DNA of 64,000 nucleotides from Octopus bimaculoides (lineage: Eukaryota), in the NCBI RefSeq assembly GCF_001194135.2, contig NC_068981.1:49552026-49616025 (forward strand), written 5' to 3'. Under the pieces are notes generated by a model. It was given only the letters and a program-made list of their open reading frames with translations, was not told where the DNA came from and did no database searches. How positions within the stretch are numbered: position 1 is the stretch's first letter; the number at the start of each line of letters is the position of its first letter. The position numbers and the translations under genes are program-made. This document shows positions 13,111 to 26,186 of the stretch, one piece after another.

Positions 13111-14024
13111 CTGTCAAACTGTTGCTAAGAAACTTAGTGCTAATCACTTAGTTTGCAATCGATCAATTTCTGGATAAATTATCGTCATCCCTCTACGCTT
13201 GATAAACTTGCAGATTCTTCGTTTTTTGTTTTATTTACTGTTTTATGTGGTACACACCAAATCCGGATCGACTTGTATAACATACAGAGTCTGTGTTTTT
13301 CACAGGACTGATGAAAATGTATTTTCCTGTTCCTATGCGACAGCATCATTCTTATCATTATTATTGGTACTTTGTTGCTGTTTTTGTTATGGCTGTTGCT
13401 CTTAGCGATGTTCAATTTAGTAACAGTTCAGTCTTGCATACATATTCTGGAGAACATTTTTTTTTTCGCATATTCTTTGAAATAAGAAAATGATAAAATT
13501 TGTATACGAGAAACTCTTAACAGCCTATTTCTCAACATAAAGGAAGATACAAAGGAAAAATCTACAAAATAGAAAAGAAGATTTGTTTCTCGGATTTAAT
13601 TGATAAAAGAAAAATGGAAAATTCTCATCGGAGTGTAGAGTTATAATTTCTGGAATTTAAAAGAATCTACTTCGGGCGTGAATTTCCCCTTTACATACAC
13701 ACAACAATACCCACAATAACAACATGCGTAACAATAAAAAAACAACGAAGACAATTAAAGAATAAGGATGAAAATTGTAACATATGCTGACTGTCGATTA
13801 TATCTGAATTTCTGTGCTTAGCCGCACTGTGTTTTCGATTCCCCAAATACATATAAACTTCATCCTTACCTTATTTGATTTTCAAACATAAAGATATGTA
13901 ACTTAATAAATCAGGATATTCACAGTTTTGCCATCTTATTGACTTACATAGAGTATATCTACCCCTCTCAACAAAAAAATATGGATATCAAGATACATAT
14001 ATACATAGATATATATGTACATAT

Positions 14025-14064
<40 letters not shown>

Positions 14065-15145
14065 NNNNNNNNNNNNNNNNNNNNNNNNNNNNNNNNNNNN
14101 NNNNNNNNNNNNNNNNNNNNNNNNNNNNNNNNNNNNNNNNNNNNNNNNNNNNNNNNNNNNNNNNNNNNNNNNNNNNNNNNNNNNNNNNNNNNNNNNNNNN
14201 NNNNNNNNNNNNNNNNNNNNNNNNNNNNNNNNNNNNNTATATATATATGAGCATGCAACAAACGTATATATGTCTTTAAAACAAGTTAATTTTGAACATT
14301 TGCATGTCATTCAATAACAGAAATTCGAATGAGTGTATATGTGTATGTGTGTATGATTGAGTTATCGATTGTGTATATATGTGCGCATGTGCACGCGATT
14401 AAATGTTTGTGTTTACGATAATGATATCTGTTCGCAATGTAATTTTCCAAATTTCAGTTATAACAACCCTATAGTCAGATAGAAATTCTAAGGAAATCCC
14501 ATACATGTATAAGAAATATCTAATTACTAAGATTAGATTCGTGATTTTCTTATTAAAGCTCACAGTTTCAGTAATAATATGATTCGTATTTGAAAAGAAA
14601 CTTGTAATCACCGTGGAAATTGCGTGATAAAGATTATTCCTATAAACACTTAAAGGACTCTCGTTCCTTTTTCTGTACATTATTTTTTTTTAATATGAAC
14701 ATTCAAAATACCATCTCCATCATCCACCTGCGAAAGAATTTGAACTGCAGCTAATAAATATGGACTTAACTCACTGTGAATGACCCATATTGAAGGACAC
14801 CTATTGCTAGTTTTAATATTCCCGCATATAGCACCACTATTTTATTATATTGAGAACTGTACGCATATATGCACCACATGATATGTTGAAAAAGCTAGTG
14901 GGACCATGTATTTTCAAGTATTAATTAGTTTCATTTGTATCAATATTATCACTACAAATAAATATTAGTTAAATGTTTATTCATTTTAAACCAAATGCAT
15001 TCATAACACCATCATCCCCACAGAATATTTGTCCAGCATACGGGAACGGCTTGACTTTATTGCACTGTATTAATATTAACTATGCGACATGTTCAATTAA
15101 ATACGACCGTACAGGTCACTGACATTTAATATATTTGTCACCAAT

Positions 15146-15331
15146 AAGGCTGGCAAGATCAATAACGCATCGGAAAATGTCCTAGAGTTCAAATACCACA
15201 AAGGTCAAGTTGGTCTTTTATGCCTTCGAGGTTAAAACAAATAAATACCAGTTATGTACTGTGAACGAGGAAAGTGACTATTAAGTATACTGCGAAAAAT
15301 CCAACTATTGTGCCTACAGTAGAAAAAAATT
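15146..15331 (+). mobile_element. SINE family A, degenerate copy
   Basis: GAGTTCAAATACC B-box, TAAATACCAGTTATGTACTG and TTGTGCCTACAGTAGAAAAAA all match the 1829 copy. Confidence 0.6.
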
Positions 15332-16837
15332 GATCATCAATACTTCGAGTAATAATAATAAAGTCAGAAAAAAATATTAAAAGGTAACACTTATTAGGAA
15401 TATCAGACAAATCAATTCACTGAAATAGAATAAGTTTGCGCAATAATTATTTCATTTCCATAAAAGCAGAAACATATATAATTTAGATCTGCTAATATCA
15501 TGTTCTTTTAGGAGCAAATGTATGACTTCATAATACTGTGCAAATTCGGATTGTCTCTATCACTGATGGTAGACGTATTTCAATATCGATTTTCGAAGAT
15601 GCTATCACATGTTTCGATGTAAAATTTTGGGTTTCTATGTCAACTTCCATAACATACTTTAGAACATCAGAGTTGAGTTTTGCAAAAGTGCCCAAGGTTT
15701 GTAGATCTTAAAATTTAGTCTACTGCATGGTTTGATCAAGTAACGCGGTACACCGGCGTTTCAGCTATAAGCAAATTGCAGTTATTTATTATGTTGCATT
15801 CATTATCTGTATTATTGTAGCAATACTGTACAGAATAAGTTACGTTTCCTTTAGATTATTAGGTGCTTTCTTCCATAATATTATTTGGCTATGTCACCTA
15901 CTGTATTCCATAATGCTAAATGATATTTTGTTAAATTGAACACAATTCCTCCATTAGACACGCAATCTATAACATTTTTGCAATCAGAGGAGGTGTATAT
16001 ATATATATATATATATATATANNNNNNNNNNNNNNNNNNNNNNNNNNNNNNNNNNNNNNNNNNNNNNNNNNNNNNNNNNNNNNNNNNNNNNNNNNNNNNN
16101 NNNNNNNNNNNNNNNNNNNNNNNNNNNNNNNNNNNNNNNNNNNNNNNNNNNNNNNNNNNNNNNNNNNNNNNNNNNNNNNNNNNNNNNNNNNNNNNNNNNN
16201 NNNNNNNNNNNNNNNNNNNNNNNNNNNNNNNNNNNNNNNNNNNNNNNNNNNNNNNNNNNNNNNNNNNNNNNNNNNNNNNNNNNNNNNNNNNNNNNNNNNN
16301 NNNNNNNNNNNNNNNNNNNNNNNNNNNNNNNNNNNNNNNNNNNNNNNNNNNNNNNNNNNNNNNNNNNNNNNNNNNNNNNNNNNNNNNNNNNNNNNNNNNN
16401 NNNNNNNNNNNNNNNNNNNNNNNNNNNNNNNNNNNNNNNNNNNNNNNNNNNNNNNNNNNNNNNNNNNNNNNNNNNNNNNNNNNNNNNNNNNNNNNNNNNN
16501 NNNNNNNNNNNNNNNNNNNNNNNNNNNNNNNNNNNNNNNNNNNNNNNNNNNNNNNNNNNNNNNNNNNNNNNNNNNNNNNNNNNNAAAAAAAAAAAATAAA
16601 AAAAAAACTTGCTATAGAATTTTATTTCATCTAAGCAAGATTTTAATAAAAGTAAATATGCAAATCCTCAGCCGTCAATGCTATCACTTATAAGCGTGTG
16701 TCCATGGTTAATTTGCATATGAAAAGCACCTACTGGCCCATTTCCTCAAACAACTTCCGTTGTTTTGACTGTGGCATATTGAGCCGCAATTCTCTCGCTT
16801 TCTCACTCTCTCCCCTCTATCTACCCCTCTATCCCTA

Positions 16838-16879
<42 letters not shown>

Positions 16880-17200
16880 ATCTCTGTTACCCTCCTCCTA
16901 CTATCACGTGGTCCCTGACGACCTAAGGTGATGTCATTCTTTTGTTGGTTGCCTTCGACCACATTGGACACGATTCTTTGTGCTCCTCGCCCTACCCCCT
17001 CGCGTGTCTATAGTCCTTTAGGACAATTTTCATTTCTCCTTCAGGTTACCTACTTTTATCCTGTCTTGCAGCCCTAAGGCTTTTTGTTGTATATTTATTA
17101 TAAGTATTAATTAGTGTCTTCTTGTGGCCCTAAGCCTTTATTCTGTTTATTGTTTTGTTATTTGTCCGTCCATTATCGATCTCGTAGTATTATTAAAAAC
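16880..17200. repeat. Interspersed repeat, possibly Penelope-like terminal sequence (related to 39590-39830)
   Basis: Both regions have CT-rich flanks and a CTAC/CTCACGTG..GAC motif. The family assignment is from memory only. Confidence 0.25.
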
Positions 17201-17604
17201 ATATTCAAATCTACATATTGTATCGGTTACTTTTATTAATACTCTTAAATGAATTATTTCAATATGTTTTTAGTTTATTAAACACATTCGTTTCAAACAA
17301 ATCTTTCTGCGTAAACAACACAGTTGCTAAGAATAGCATTTTCATATAGTGAAGATTTTCAAAAAAAATTGTTATGAAACACAGCAACCCTATATGGATA
17401 GAACACTAGTAAATATTCGTATAAAGATTTTTCATATAATAAATAGAATGTAAGTCTTCGAATATGTGTTTAGTATATCAAAATTACAGTCCAATACTAA
17501 AATAAATATATTGCGATGGTAAAGTGAATTTGCAACTTGCACCATGATCAATATCATATTCTTAAGTAAGAAGGACACAACATTTCGAGACATTTCGAGA
17601 CCTG

Positions 17605-17675
<71 letters not shown>

Positions 17676-17767
17676 GTATCTATGTCTCATACAAAAATGT
17701 ATGTATGTGTATAGGAATATACACGCACACATATATATATTATATATATTATATATATGCATATAGA

Positions 17768-17819
<52 letters not shown>

Positions 17820-18385
17820 CATATATTAACTGACAAAATGAATAAGTGTGAATCTATGAATTAAAGTTGAGAAAGTTGTTTTCGATATAAACGGTATTAC
17901 TGTGTTCATACTACACACTACTGGGATTGACAATGGTTAGAATTAATAACATTTGAAGCTACAATCGCAACATTTTTATCACGTGTAGATTAAGAAACTA
18001 GAGGAAGTGTGTATTAATTAAATCATTATAGTGAATATAACGGTGATCATAGGCGAGGCATGTCACATGCATAAGAGTGTGGGCAACAGTTAACGTTTAT
18101 AATCTCTTCCCGACAGCAAAAGAAGCAATAAATCCTAGGTTAAAGAATCTGTCATTGTTGAAAAGGAAAAGTCTCAATATTAACAAATAGATAGTATGAG
18201 AATAATATATTACTGACTATAACAGAGAAGTCATGCAATGAAAGCTGTCTTCTGATATAATTGGATATCAACTTGGATTTACAATTCTCAAGTTTTCACT
18301 TATTCAGAATTGAAATTCTGCACATCATGTGATACCTTAGGGGATAAGTTAACATTAATCACCATACATTGTGTATATGAATTCC

Positions 18386-18432
<47 letters not shown>

Positions 18433-19669
18433 CATACCTATGTACGTCACAGATAGAGAGTAGAGAGTGAGTCTGGGATAGCATATGTGCGTGCGTGCGT
18501 GCGTGTGTGTGTTCAAAGATGGTAGAGAAAGAGGGAGAAATGAAAAGAAAGATAAAGGATAACGGGAAGAAAAAGAATGATGGTGCAATAGATTGCTTTT
18601 GACAGAATGTTATATTATTGCGTTGTGTTGCGGTATAAAATATATATTACCCACTGAAATATTTATAAATTATAAATATGCGGAAATATATATATACCTC
18701 TACATGCGCAAGCATCTTCACTACAAAAGTGAAGCGGATAATACTCTCACAAACATACACATAATTTGCATATACTTAAATATACGTATGGAACTAAACT
18801 ACATTTTAAATATAACTGATTATACTATTTCCATATTCTGGTTCTGAATTACTGGACTGATGTTAAAATGTATTTCAAAATGTTTAGTATAATTTCTGTA
18901 GATAAATTACGTTAACTCATAGCCAGTTAATTTACATTAAAAGAAGTTACCGGTCAAGGCAAACATATGTGTCTGTGTGTATGTATGCATACATGCATGT
19001 ATGTATGTGTTTATGTATGTATGTATGTATGTATTTATTATGCAGGTATATATGCATATATAGCCGATTATTTCAGTTTAATCGATACTCTAATAGATAC
19101 ATCCAGGTGTATTAATATACCACATATTAATTCATCTGTATTCACGAATTTAGATAGAAATATATAATTTCAATATGTGATATATATTTTTAACAAACGC
19201 GTACATAAGTACGACGAAGTAAAATGCTTTCAAACAGATGGTAATAACAATGCAGTATTGCATGCTAGATAAGTATAAAGTGTTAAAACTTAATCTCATT
19301 CATAAAGTTTTCAGTCGATTGACGGTCGAATTGTTGTATAACAGTCAAAATACAAACATCAAAGTATATAGAATATATGTAATATTTAGCAATTTTAACA
19401 GATGAAAATATTTTAACGCTATAAATTTTGAAAATCAATTAATTTGAATCATACATTGTCACTGAACCGGACATGGATGACGTCAAAACAATTTATATTA
19501 CACAGTAATATATAGCATTCATTACGTTCGTAGAGCGAAGTTCGAGATAATCGTTTACATACATACATACATACACGCATACATACACACACGCATACGT
19601 GCATACATGGACACATACATACATGCACACATGCACACATAGATGCATACATGCAAAAGGCAAATAAAC

Positions 19670-19715
<46 letters not shown>

Positions 19716-19770
19716 GTATATGTACAAACGAAAGAAGGGCAACTAGCAAATTTATTTCAATTTTCTTGTT

Positions 19771-19863
19771 TGGATCAAAACAGTTTGATTCAAATTCATA
19801 GGGACGCTTGAATTTCAAGCGTGAAGGTAGTCATCGAATTTCAATGAAACTGTTTTTTATCCA
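19771..19863. mobile_element. Short palindromic MITE, an internally deleted relative of 50316-50486
   Basis: Imperfect ~27-bp TIRs TGGATCAAAACAGTTTGATTCAAATTC / GAATTTCAATGAAACTGTTTTTTATCCA and a perfect central hairpin ACGCTTGAA-T-TTCAAGCGT. Confidence 0.7.
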
Positions 19864-19868
19864 TACAG

Positions 19869-19955
<87 letters not shown>

Positions 19956-19958
<3 letters not shown>

Positions 19959-20107
19959 AAGGGCTTCTTTCAGTTTCCGTCTAGCAAATCCGTCGGCCCG
20001 AGGCTACAGTAGAAGACACTTTCCCAAGGTGCCGCGCAGTGGGATTGAACCTGGAACAATGTGGTAGGTAAGCAAGCTACTTACCAAACAGTCGCTCCTG
20101 CACCTAT
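19956..20107 (-). mobile_element. tRNA-derived SINE, family C, 5' half
   Basis: The reverse complement reads ATAGGTGCAGGAGCGACTGTTTGGTAAGTAGCTTGCTTACC..CCACATTGTTCCAGGTTCAATCCCACTGCGCGGCACCTTGGGAAAGTGTCTTCTAC...GGAAACTGAAAGAAGCCC and runs into (TA)n. Confidence 0.8.
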
Positions 20108-21530
20108 ATAATCAAACCAACCGTCGATATGGGTTTCTTTTACGCTGATCGGAATGGTTTCAGAATCTAAGCAACCAGTTATATTCACCAGTGTCACTGA
20201 CCATTTTCTTTAAGATTAGCTGATTAGTTATGTAAAACCTTCTAAAAGTCTTTGCAAACAGTGATGAAACTTTCGAAATATTTTGAGAAAATGAGAATTT
20301 TCTCCTTAAGAGAAAGCAAGACATAGACCATTATGACACAAATGCATTTGACAGATATTACCTCTATTTTAACCAAATATCCTCGTACGGAATTATTTCT
20401 ATATCCTACTTCATTCTTTTGATTAAAAATTAGGCCTAACGAAAATTTTAATACACCTACACCATCCTAATGCCTTAATCTTTAAATATCGTTGATTATT
20501 AATTATATTTAATGCTATATATCATTTGTAGGTTAGTCCCCAATCCACTAGACTTTAGGATTTTACCTTTTATTAAGTATATTTCTCTGCTTCTTTAACC
20601 TCTTTTTCAAATATTTTTCCTCTTGTTCTTTATTTTGCATTTTTTTCATGTTCCCTGATCTGTATAGATTCCATACGCTTCGATGCTAATACAGTGTTTA
20701 GTCTACGAGAAGCTCGCTTTAACTCGCTTAAAAGAGTGAGCATAAATTTTTCTTTATTTCATAATTTTTTAATGAACTCTGCAGAATATTCTGACTCGAC
20801 AAGTCTGATTCTTTTAAAATGATCTTCATTCCTCCCTCTTCTTAATTCTTTCTTTTTGTCATTCATTTCTGATTCACTCCCTCTTCCACACTTCACGAAC
20901 ATTTTATCACTGTACATCCCAACACATTTGTTAATATGATTATTTCTAACTAAACTTCGTTAGTCCTCCCCTTTCTTCCATTTCTTGTAGACGTTTGCAG
21001 ACACTATAATGCTGTTGCACTGTTACATTCATCATAAACTGCCATTGTTTACTTCTGACGAAAAAACAACTTCAAAGCGTATCTTGATTTTATAGAGGTT
21101 TCATGCTTATATGTGTTCATTGTTTGCTTTATTAATTTTTTTCTGCTTCTTTGATGCGTATTACTACATCGGTATTCACACCCTTTCTCGTCATAAATTT
21201 TATTCCATCAAATAGTCGCTGAAATTTTCAAACAGCAGAAGTACTACTTAGGAGAAATTTCGCTTCAGTTGCTATCATTTGGTTTAGTATATANNNNNNN
21301 NNNNNNNTATATATATATATATACATATATATACAAACACACATACATATATATATACATTCATATGTATATTCATACATATATATATATATGTGTGTGT
21401 GTGTGTTGCATTTTAAATAATATGATATAATGCCACCTGCATGTTTGTCCATCTATTATCTTTATACATACACATATGATATAAAGCATTCACGGTAAGA
21501 AGACGCTATCATGATTCAAGGAAGAGTCCC

Positions 21531-21702
21531 ACCACCACATGATTCTCTACCACATGGTTCTCCACCACATGGTTCTCCACCACATGGTTCAATAATGAGT
21601 CCCACTACGTGGCAATATTAGGCAAGCGTCTTCCACTATAGCCTTAGGCTTACCAAGTCGTTCTAAGTGGATATCGTAGAAAGGAACTGATAGAAGCCCA
21701 TC
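21531..21702 (+). mobile_element. SINE family C, 5' half with a 15-bp tandem amplification
   Basis: ACCACATGGTTCTCC x~4 (21534-21590), then GTCCCACTACGTGGC..GGCAAGCGTCTTCCACTATAGCC..GGAACTGATAGAAGCCC, followed by TG-rich repeats. Confidence 0.7.
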
Positions 21703-24020
21703 ATGGGTGTGTGTCTGCGTGTGTGTGCTTGTGTGCATATGTGTATATGTGTTTGTATGTGTCTGTGTACGTGCGTGCGTGGATCTTTCTGTTTATGTTT
21801 GTCCCGTACCACGATTTAACAGTGCTGAGCATGGCCGGAGTCTAACGACTGAAAGAAATGACGGAGAACATATACTTTTATACTTTCATACTTTTAGTGG
21901 AAGAAATCGACCACTGGACTTAATTTTTTGTAAGCCTGATACTTATTCTATCGCCTCCTGTGCCGAACTGCTAAGTTACGTGGACGTAAGGACAGCAATA
22001 TCAGCTGTAGGCGATGGTGATGAGAGATATAGATAGACAAACATGGAGACAATTTGTTTAATTTCAACTGATAGTTGAATTTAAACAAATAGAGAGATCC
22101 ACATCGTCTTCCTGCAAGTCCTGCTTATTGCATGTAGCTTAGTGATGAATATTTCAAAACTTAATGTGTGTTGAGTTCTTTGTAACAGATGTATATCAAT
22201 ACCTGCTTTGACAGAGTATAAGTTACTAGACTAAAATATTGAGACAGCAGTGAGTTAGAATATTTTGAATATACATCCCTAATATACATACTCAAAGTGT
22301 AAAGTGATACTGTATTCAAGCCATAAGACTCTCTCTGAAGGACGAACGCGCGTACAACTTGACTGTACTCGAATTAATATAAAGCTGTAAGCTCTTCCCT
22401 TGTTATACACACTTGATTGTTAGAAAATCATTGTGGAAGAAGCAATAACGATGTGATATGTCTTTTTCGGAAACAATAAAAAACTGTACGAACATATTTT
22501 ATTAAGTCGATGTAAAATTATCAATATAAAAGTTCGAGTTAGTTTATCGATCGATCTGTAAAGGAAAACATTTAATTAATCATCGAATTTAAGTGGCACT
22601 GACTGGGTCATGAATCTGGACATCAATACTTGGTATTTAGAACGTTTGTCGCTTAGGATTATCGATTATCATTCTTGACCCTGTACAAGATCAAAAGGTG
22701 TCAAGCAAGCCTGTTAAAATGAGCTTCAATTTATTTCCTTTAAATCAGAGTAAAATAACGTGTTACGCATAAATTACATTCAGACGAAATAGCTTTGTTT
22801 AAGGGAACAATATAAAAGCAAAGAAACATGTACTTTGAAAATATTCATATGCTTTCAAATCAGTCTGTGGTATAATGAGAATGGATATGTTAGCAGACTT
22901 GATTAACATCAACGGCTATACATGTGGGTATTTCGACTGACTGGCTTCACGTAACAATATTGGAATTGATTACATTAAACTTTACAGGATTAATAATAAT
23001 TTTCTGAAAGAGTAGAATTATAATTGAATCTGCTGAATGTGAGTGAATATTAAAGAAACCACTAGCAACGATGTATGAATTAATGTCAGACATGTCGGCC
23101 TAGTTAACAGAAATCTATAATCTGCTCTCGTAAAAAATACACTATTACCATGGAATTGTGTGTGTTATATTTAATTTCACTAAAAACTATTAATGTGTAT
23201 AAGCCCATATTTTTTCACTTAAAACAAATAATTAGTAGGGTGTACCAGCGATTTGGGTATTGAAATGATATACTTAGTGTATATTGGAGAAAAATCTATA
23301 CATGCTCTTAGCTATTTATATTACAGGATATATACTAAGCAGTGTAACGCAATAAAGAAATTGTCTCAATGAATATATTACGTTGTTTAAACTAATACAA
23401 TTCAAATGACCACTGCAAAAATTCTACAAGCAATTAGCATTCAATAGAGTTTCATGATTTTCTCACAGAGACAATAAATTGGTGACAAGTACTAAGAATA
23501 CGTATGTATCAGATATGCCAAAATACCCATCGATTTCATTATAATTGTATCTATAATTATTAAATTAAATATTAAAAAAAATAGGAAATGTTATTTGTAG
23601 AAGAAAACATGGCCTGATCGTTAAAATATATATTTAAGAATGATTAATTATAGCACATTTATCCAACTTACCAATGTTTACACTATGTTAATATAACTAT
23701 CTCTAATGTATACAGAGAAACCAATGAAAGCAAAAAGTTACCATTAAGTTGATTGGTTAAACACAATATAATATTGTCATTTGTTTTTGTACAACAAATG
23801 ATGAAGCTCACGCGCAAAAATGTGAAAGCGCAGTCATCTGGTGTAATATTTTGCCATCTTATGACGAATCGTGCAATGAAAAAGCATCTTTATTCGCATT
23901 TATACTAAAACGGTGTCTCTTGAGGATGTTACTCCATTCTCTTGTTTTGGCATTGTGAAATACATAAAAATATGACGACTTTACACAAGAAATCTGATTG
24001 TATTATGAAACAGGAATAAA

Positions 24021-24215
24021 AGGGAGCAAGCCGGCAGAATCGTTAGCACGGCAGAATCGTTAGCACAGCAGAGAAAATGCATTCGTTCATTTCATATTCG
24101 TTCAACTTACGTTGAAGTCAATGAAACGATTACCAGTCGATGATAGGGGTCGATGCAATCGATTTTCCCTCACCTCCTCTGAAATTTTAGGTCTTGTGCC
24201 TATAGCAGACAAGAG
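24021..24215 (+). mobile_element. SINE family A, internally deleted, with a 17-bp head duplication
   Basis: GGCAGAATCGTTAGCAC x2 (24033-24066), then TACCAGTCGATGATAGGGGTCGATGCAATCGA and GGTCTTGTGCCTATAGCAGA. Confidence 0.7.
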
Positions 24216-24516
24216 GACTGTGAAACATGCATTAAAAATTGTTATGAAGAATACATAAGCTTTACAAAAGTATTAAAGATTAAACTGATGTGTGAGTATA
24301 GGAAAGTAAATATAGAGATCCGCAGATTCGTATGTTTAGCAACTTATCTATAACCATCCAACTTATAGGGTATATTTCAACGTTTTACGGAAAGAGTTGC
24401 CTGTCGTTTCAAACATAAAAATATTAAAAAAACAAATGAAATACAGGTTCAAACACTACAATATCATGTATAATCAAACATCTTAAAACGTACACACACA
24501 CATGTATGCATGTATG

Positions 24517-24576
<60 letters not shown>

Positions 24577-24603
24577 TATGAGTGTGTGTGTGTGTGTGTG
24601 TGT

Positions 24604-24895
24604 GAAGGTGCATAGCTCAGTGGTTAGAGCCTCGAGTTTACTATCGTGAGATTGTGAGTTCGAATCCGGGACCGGGCTACGAGTTTTCTTCTTGAGCAAG
24701 ACACTTTATTTCACGTTGCTTCAGTTCAGTGAGCTGTAGAAATGAGTTGCGATCTATCAGGTGCCAAGCTGTATCGGCCCCTTTGCCTTTCCTGTGGACT
24801 ACTGGTTTTTCATAAACAACTTTTCGCAGAATTGTACCTGAGATCGTAACTTCCTGGGTGCAATCCCATGGTCAGTCATGACCGAAGGGTGTCTC
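24604..24895 (+). mobile_element. tRNA-derived SINE, family B (CORE-like central domain)
   Basis: tRNA-like head with A box TAGCTCAGTGG (24613) and B box GAGTTCGAATCC (24656), followed by TTGAGCAAGACACTTTATTTCACGTTGC...CTGTAGAAATGAGT (CORE-like) and a 3' end CCCATGGTCAGTCATGACCGAAGGG. It is flanked by microsatellites on both sides. Confidence 0.8.
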
Positions 24896-24899
24896 CGCT

Positions 24900-25012
<113 letters not shown>

Positions 25013-25851
25013 TATACACACATGTATTTATACACACACACACCACGCGCTATGTTGATACAAAGGATAACATTCCCCATAAGTATCATGTAAGACGTAC
25101 TTTATGCTACTTGTCGGTTGGTCGTTGTGATAATGTTTGAGACAGGATTTTTATTACCATACTGCAATGAACTGAGGTGTTCATGTGTGTATCATGTTGG
25201 TTAATGTCTGTGCAGCATTTGAAATCTTTTTGTCAAGCACTTAGTGGAAATAATATGTAAAAATGCATGCTAAAATAAAATAGAGGTTGATATCACAAAA
25301 TAGTGATGTGTATAAATACAAGCTTGTTATCAGTTCAAATATGCCTGAGGCACATTTGATGTCGTAACGAAAAAAAAATTGCTGATGGTGTAAATCGGCG
25401 CTCCTTAACGGAATAGTTGGACGCATGCATTTCGGAGTGCGCATATCCCATCATCTGCAGAAACACTGCGTACACATATGCATATATGTATATACTCAAA
25501 TACATATGCATATGAGTTATATTTTTCTATTCGCACACACATATATTCAAATACATACATGCACAAACTTGTCCTCTGTTACACACATACTTACGTATGT
25601 TCTAATATAGGTGTGAATGGTAGGGATTTTACAGGTACGTAATGAATAAATAATTAAATACTAGAAATTCCCAGCTGGCGGTAGACTTAAACAGCGAAGC
25701 TGTGTAACAGCTCCACTTAGCAGTGTACTAGTCTTTTGGGGAGTGTACGCAGTTAAAAGCATTTAGGTCAAGCTTCCCTTCGAGCAACTGGACCTGAACA
25801 CTGCATTTTCCCCTGAATATCTCTCAATCAACCTCTCTTTCTTTTGTTCTG

Positions 25852-25892
<41 letters not shown>

Positions 25893-26027
25893 NNNNNNNN
25901 NNNNNNNNNNNNNNNNNNNNNNNNNNNNNNNNNNNNNNNNNNNNNNNNNNNNNNNNNNNNNNNNNNNNNNNNNNNNNNNNNNNNNNNNNNNNNNNNNNNN
26001 NNNNNNNNNNNNNNNNNNNNNNNNNNN

Positions 26028-26062
<35 letters not shown>

Positions 26063-26078
26063 GGGAGAGAGAGAGATA

Positions 26079-26110
<32 letters not shown>

Positions 26111-26153
26111 AAGAGTTAAATAAATAGACAGACAGACGGATAGACGGACACGC

Positions 26154-26186
<33 letters not shown>

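Noticed and set aside
20900-21250. Possible mariner N-terminus (IKFMTRKG) on the minus strand
   Set aside because: A single short motif only, with no TIR or catalytic residues found.
21534-21590. CRISPR-like array (also 53670-53749)
   Set aside because: These are tandem repeats with no spacers in eukaryotic DNA, and there are no cas genes.
24604-24675. Apparent tRNA gene
   Set aside because: It has no proper acceptor stem or oligo-T terminator and continues into a SINE body, so it is a SINE head.
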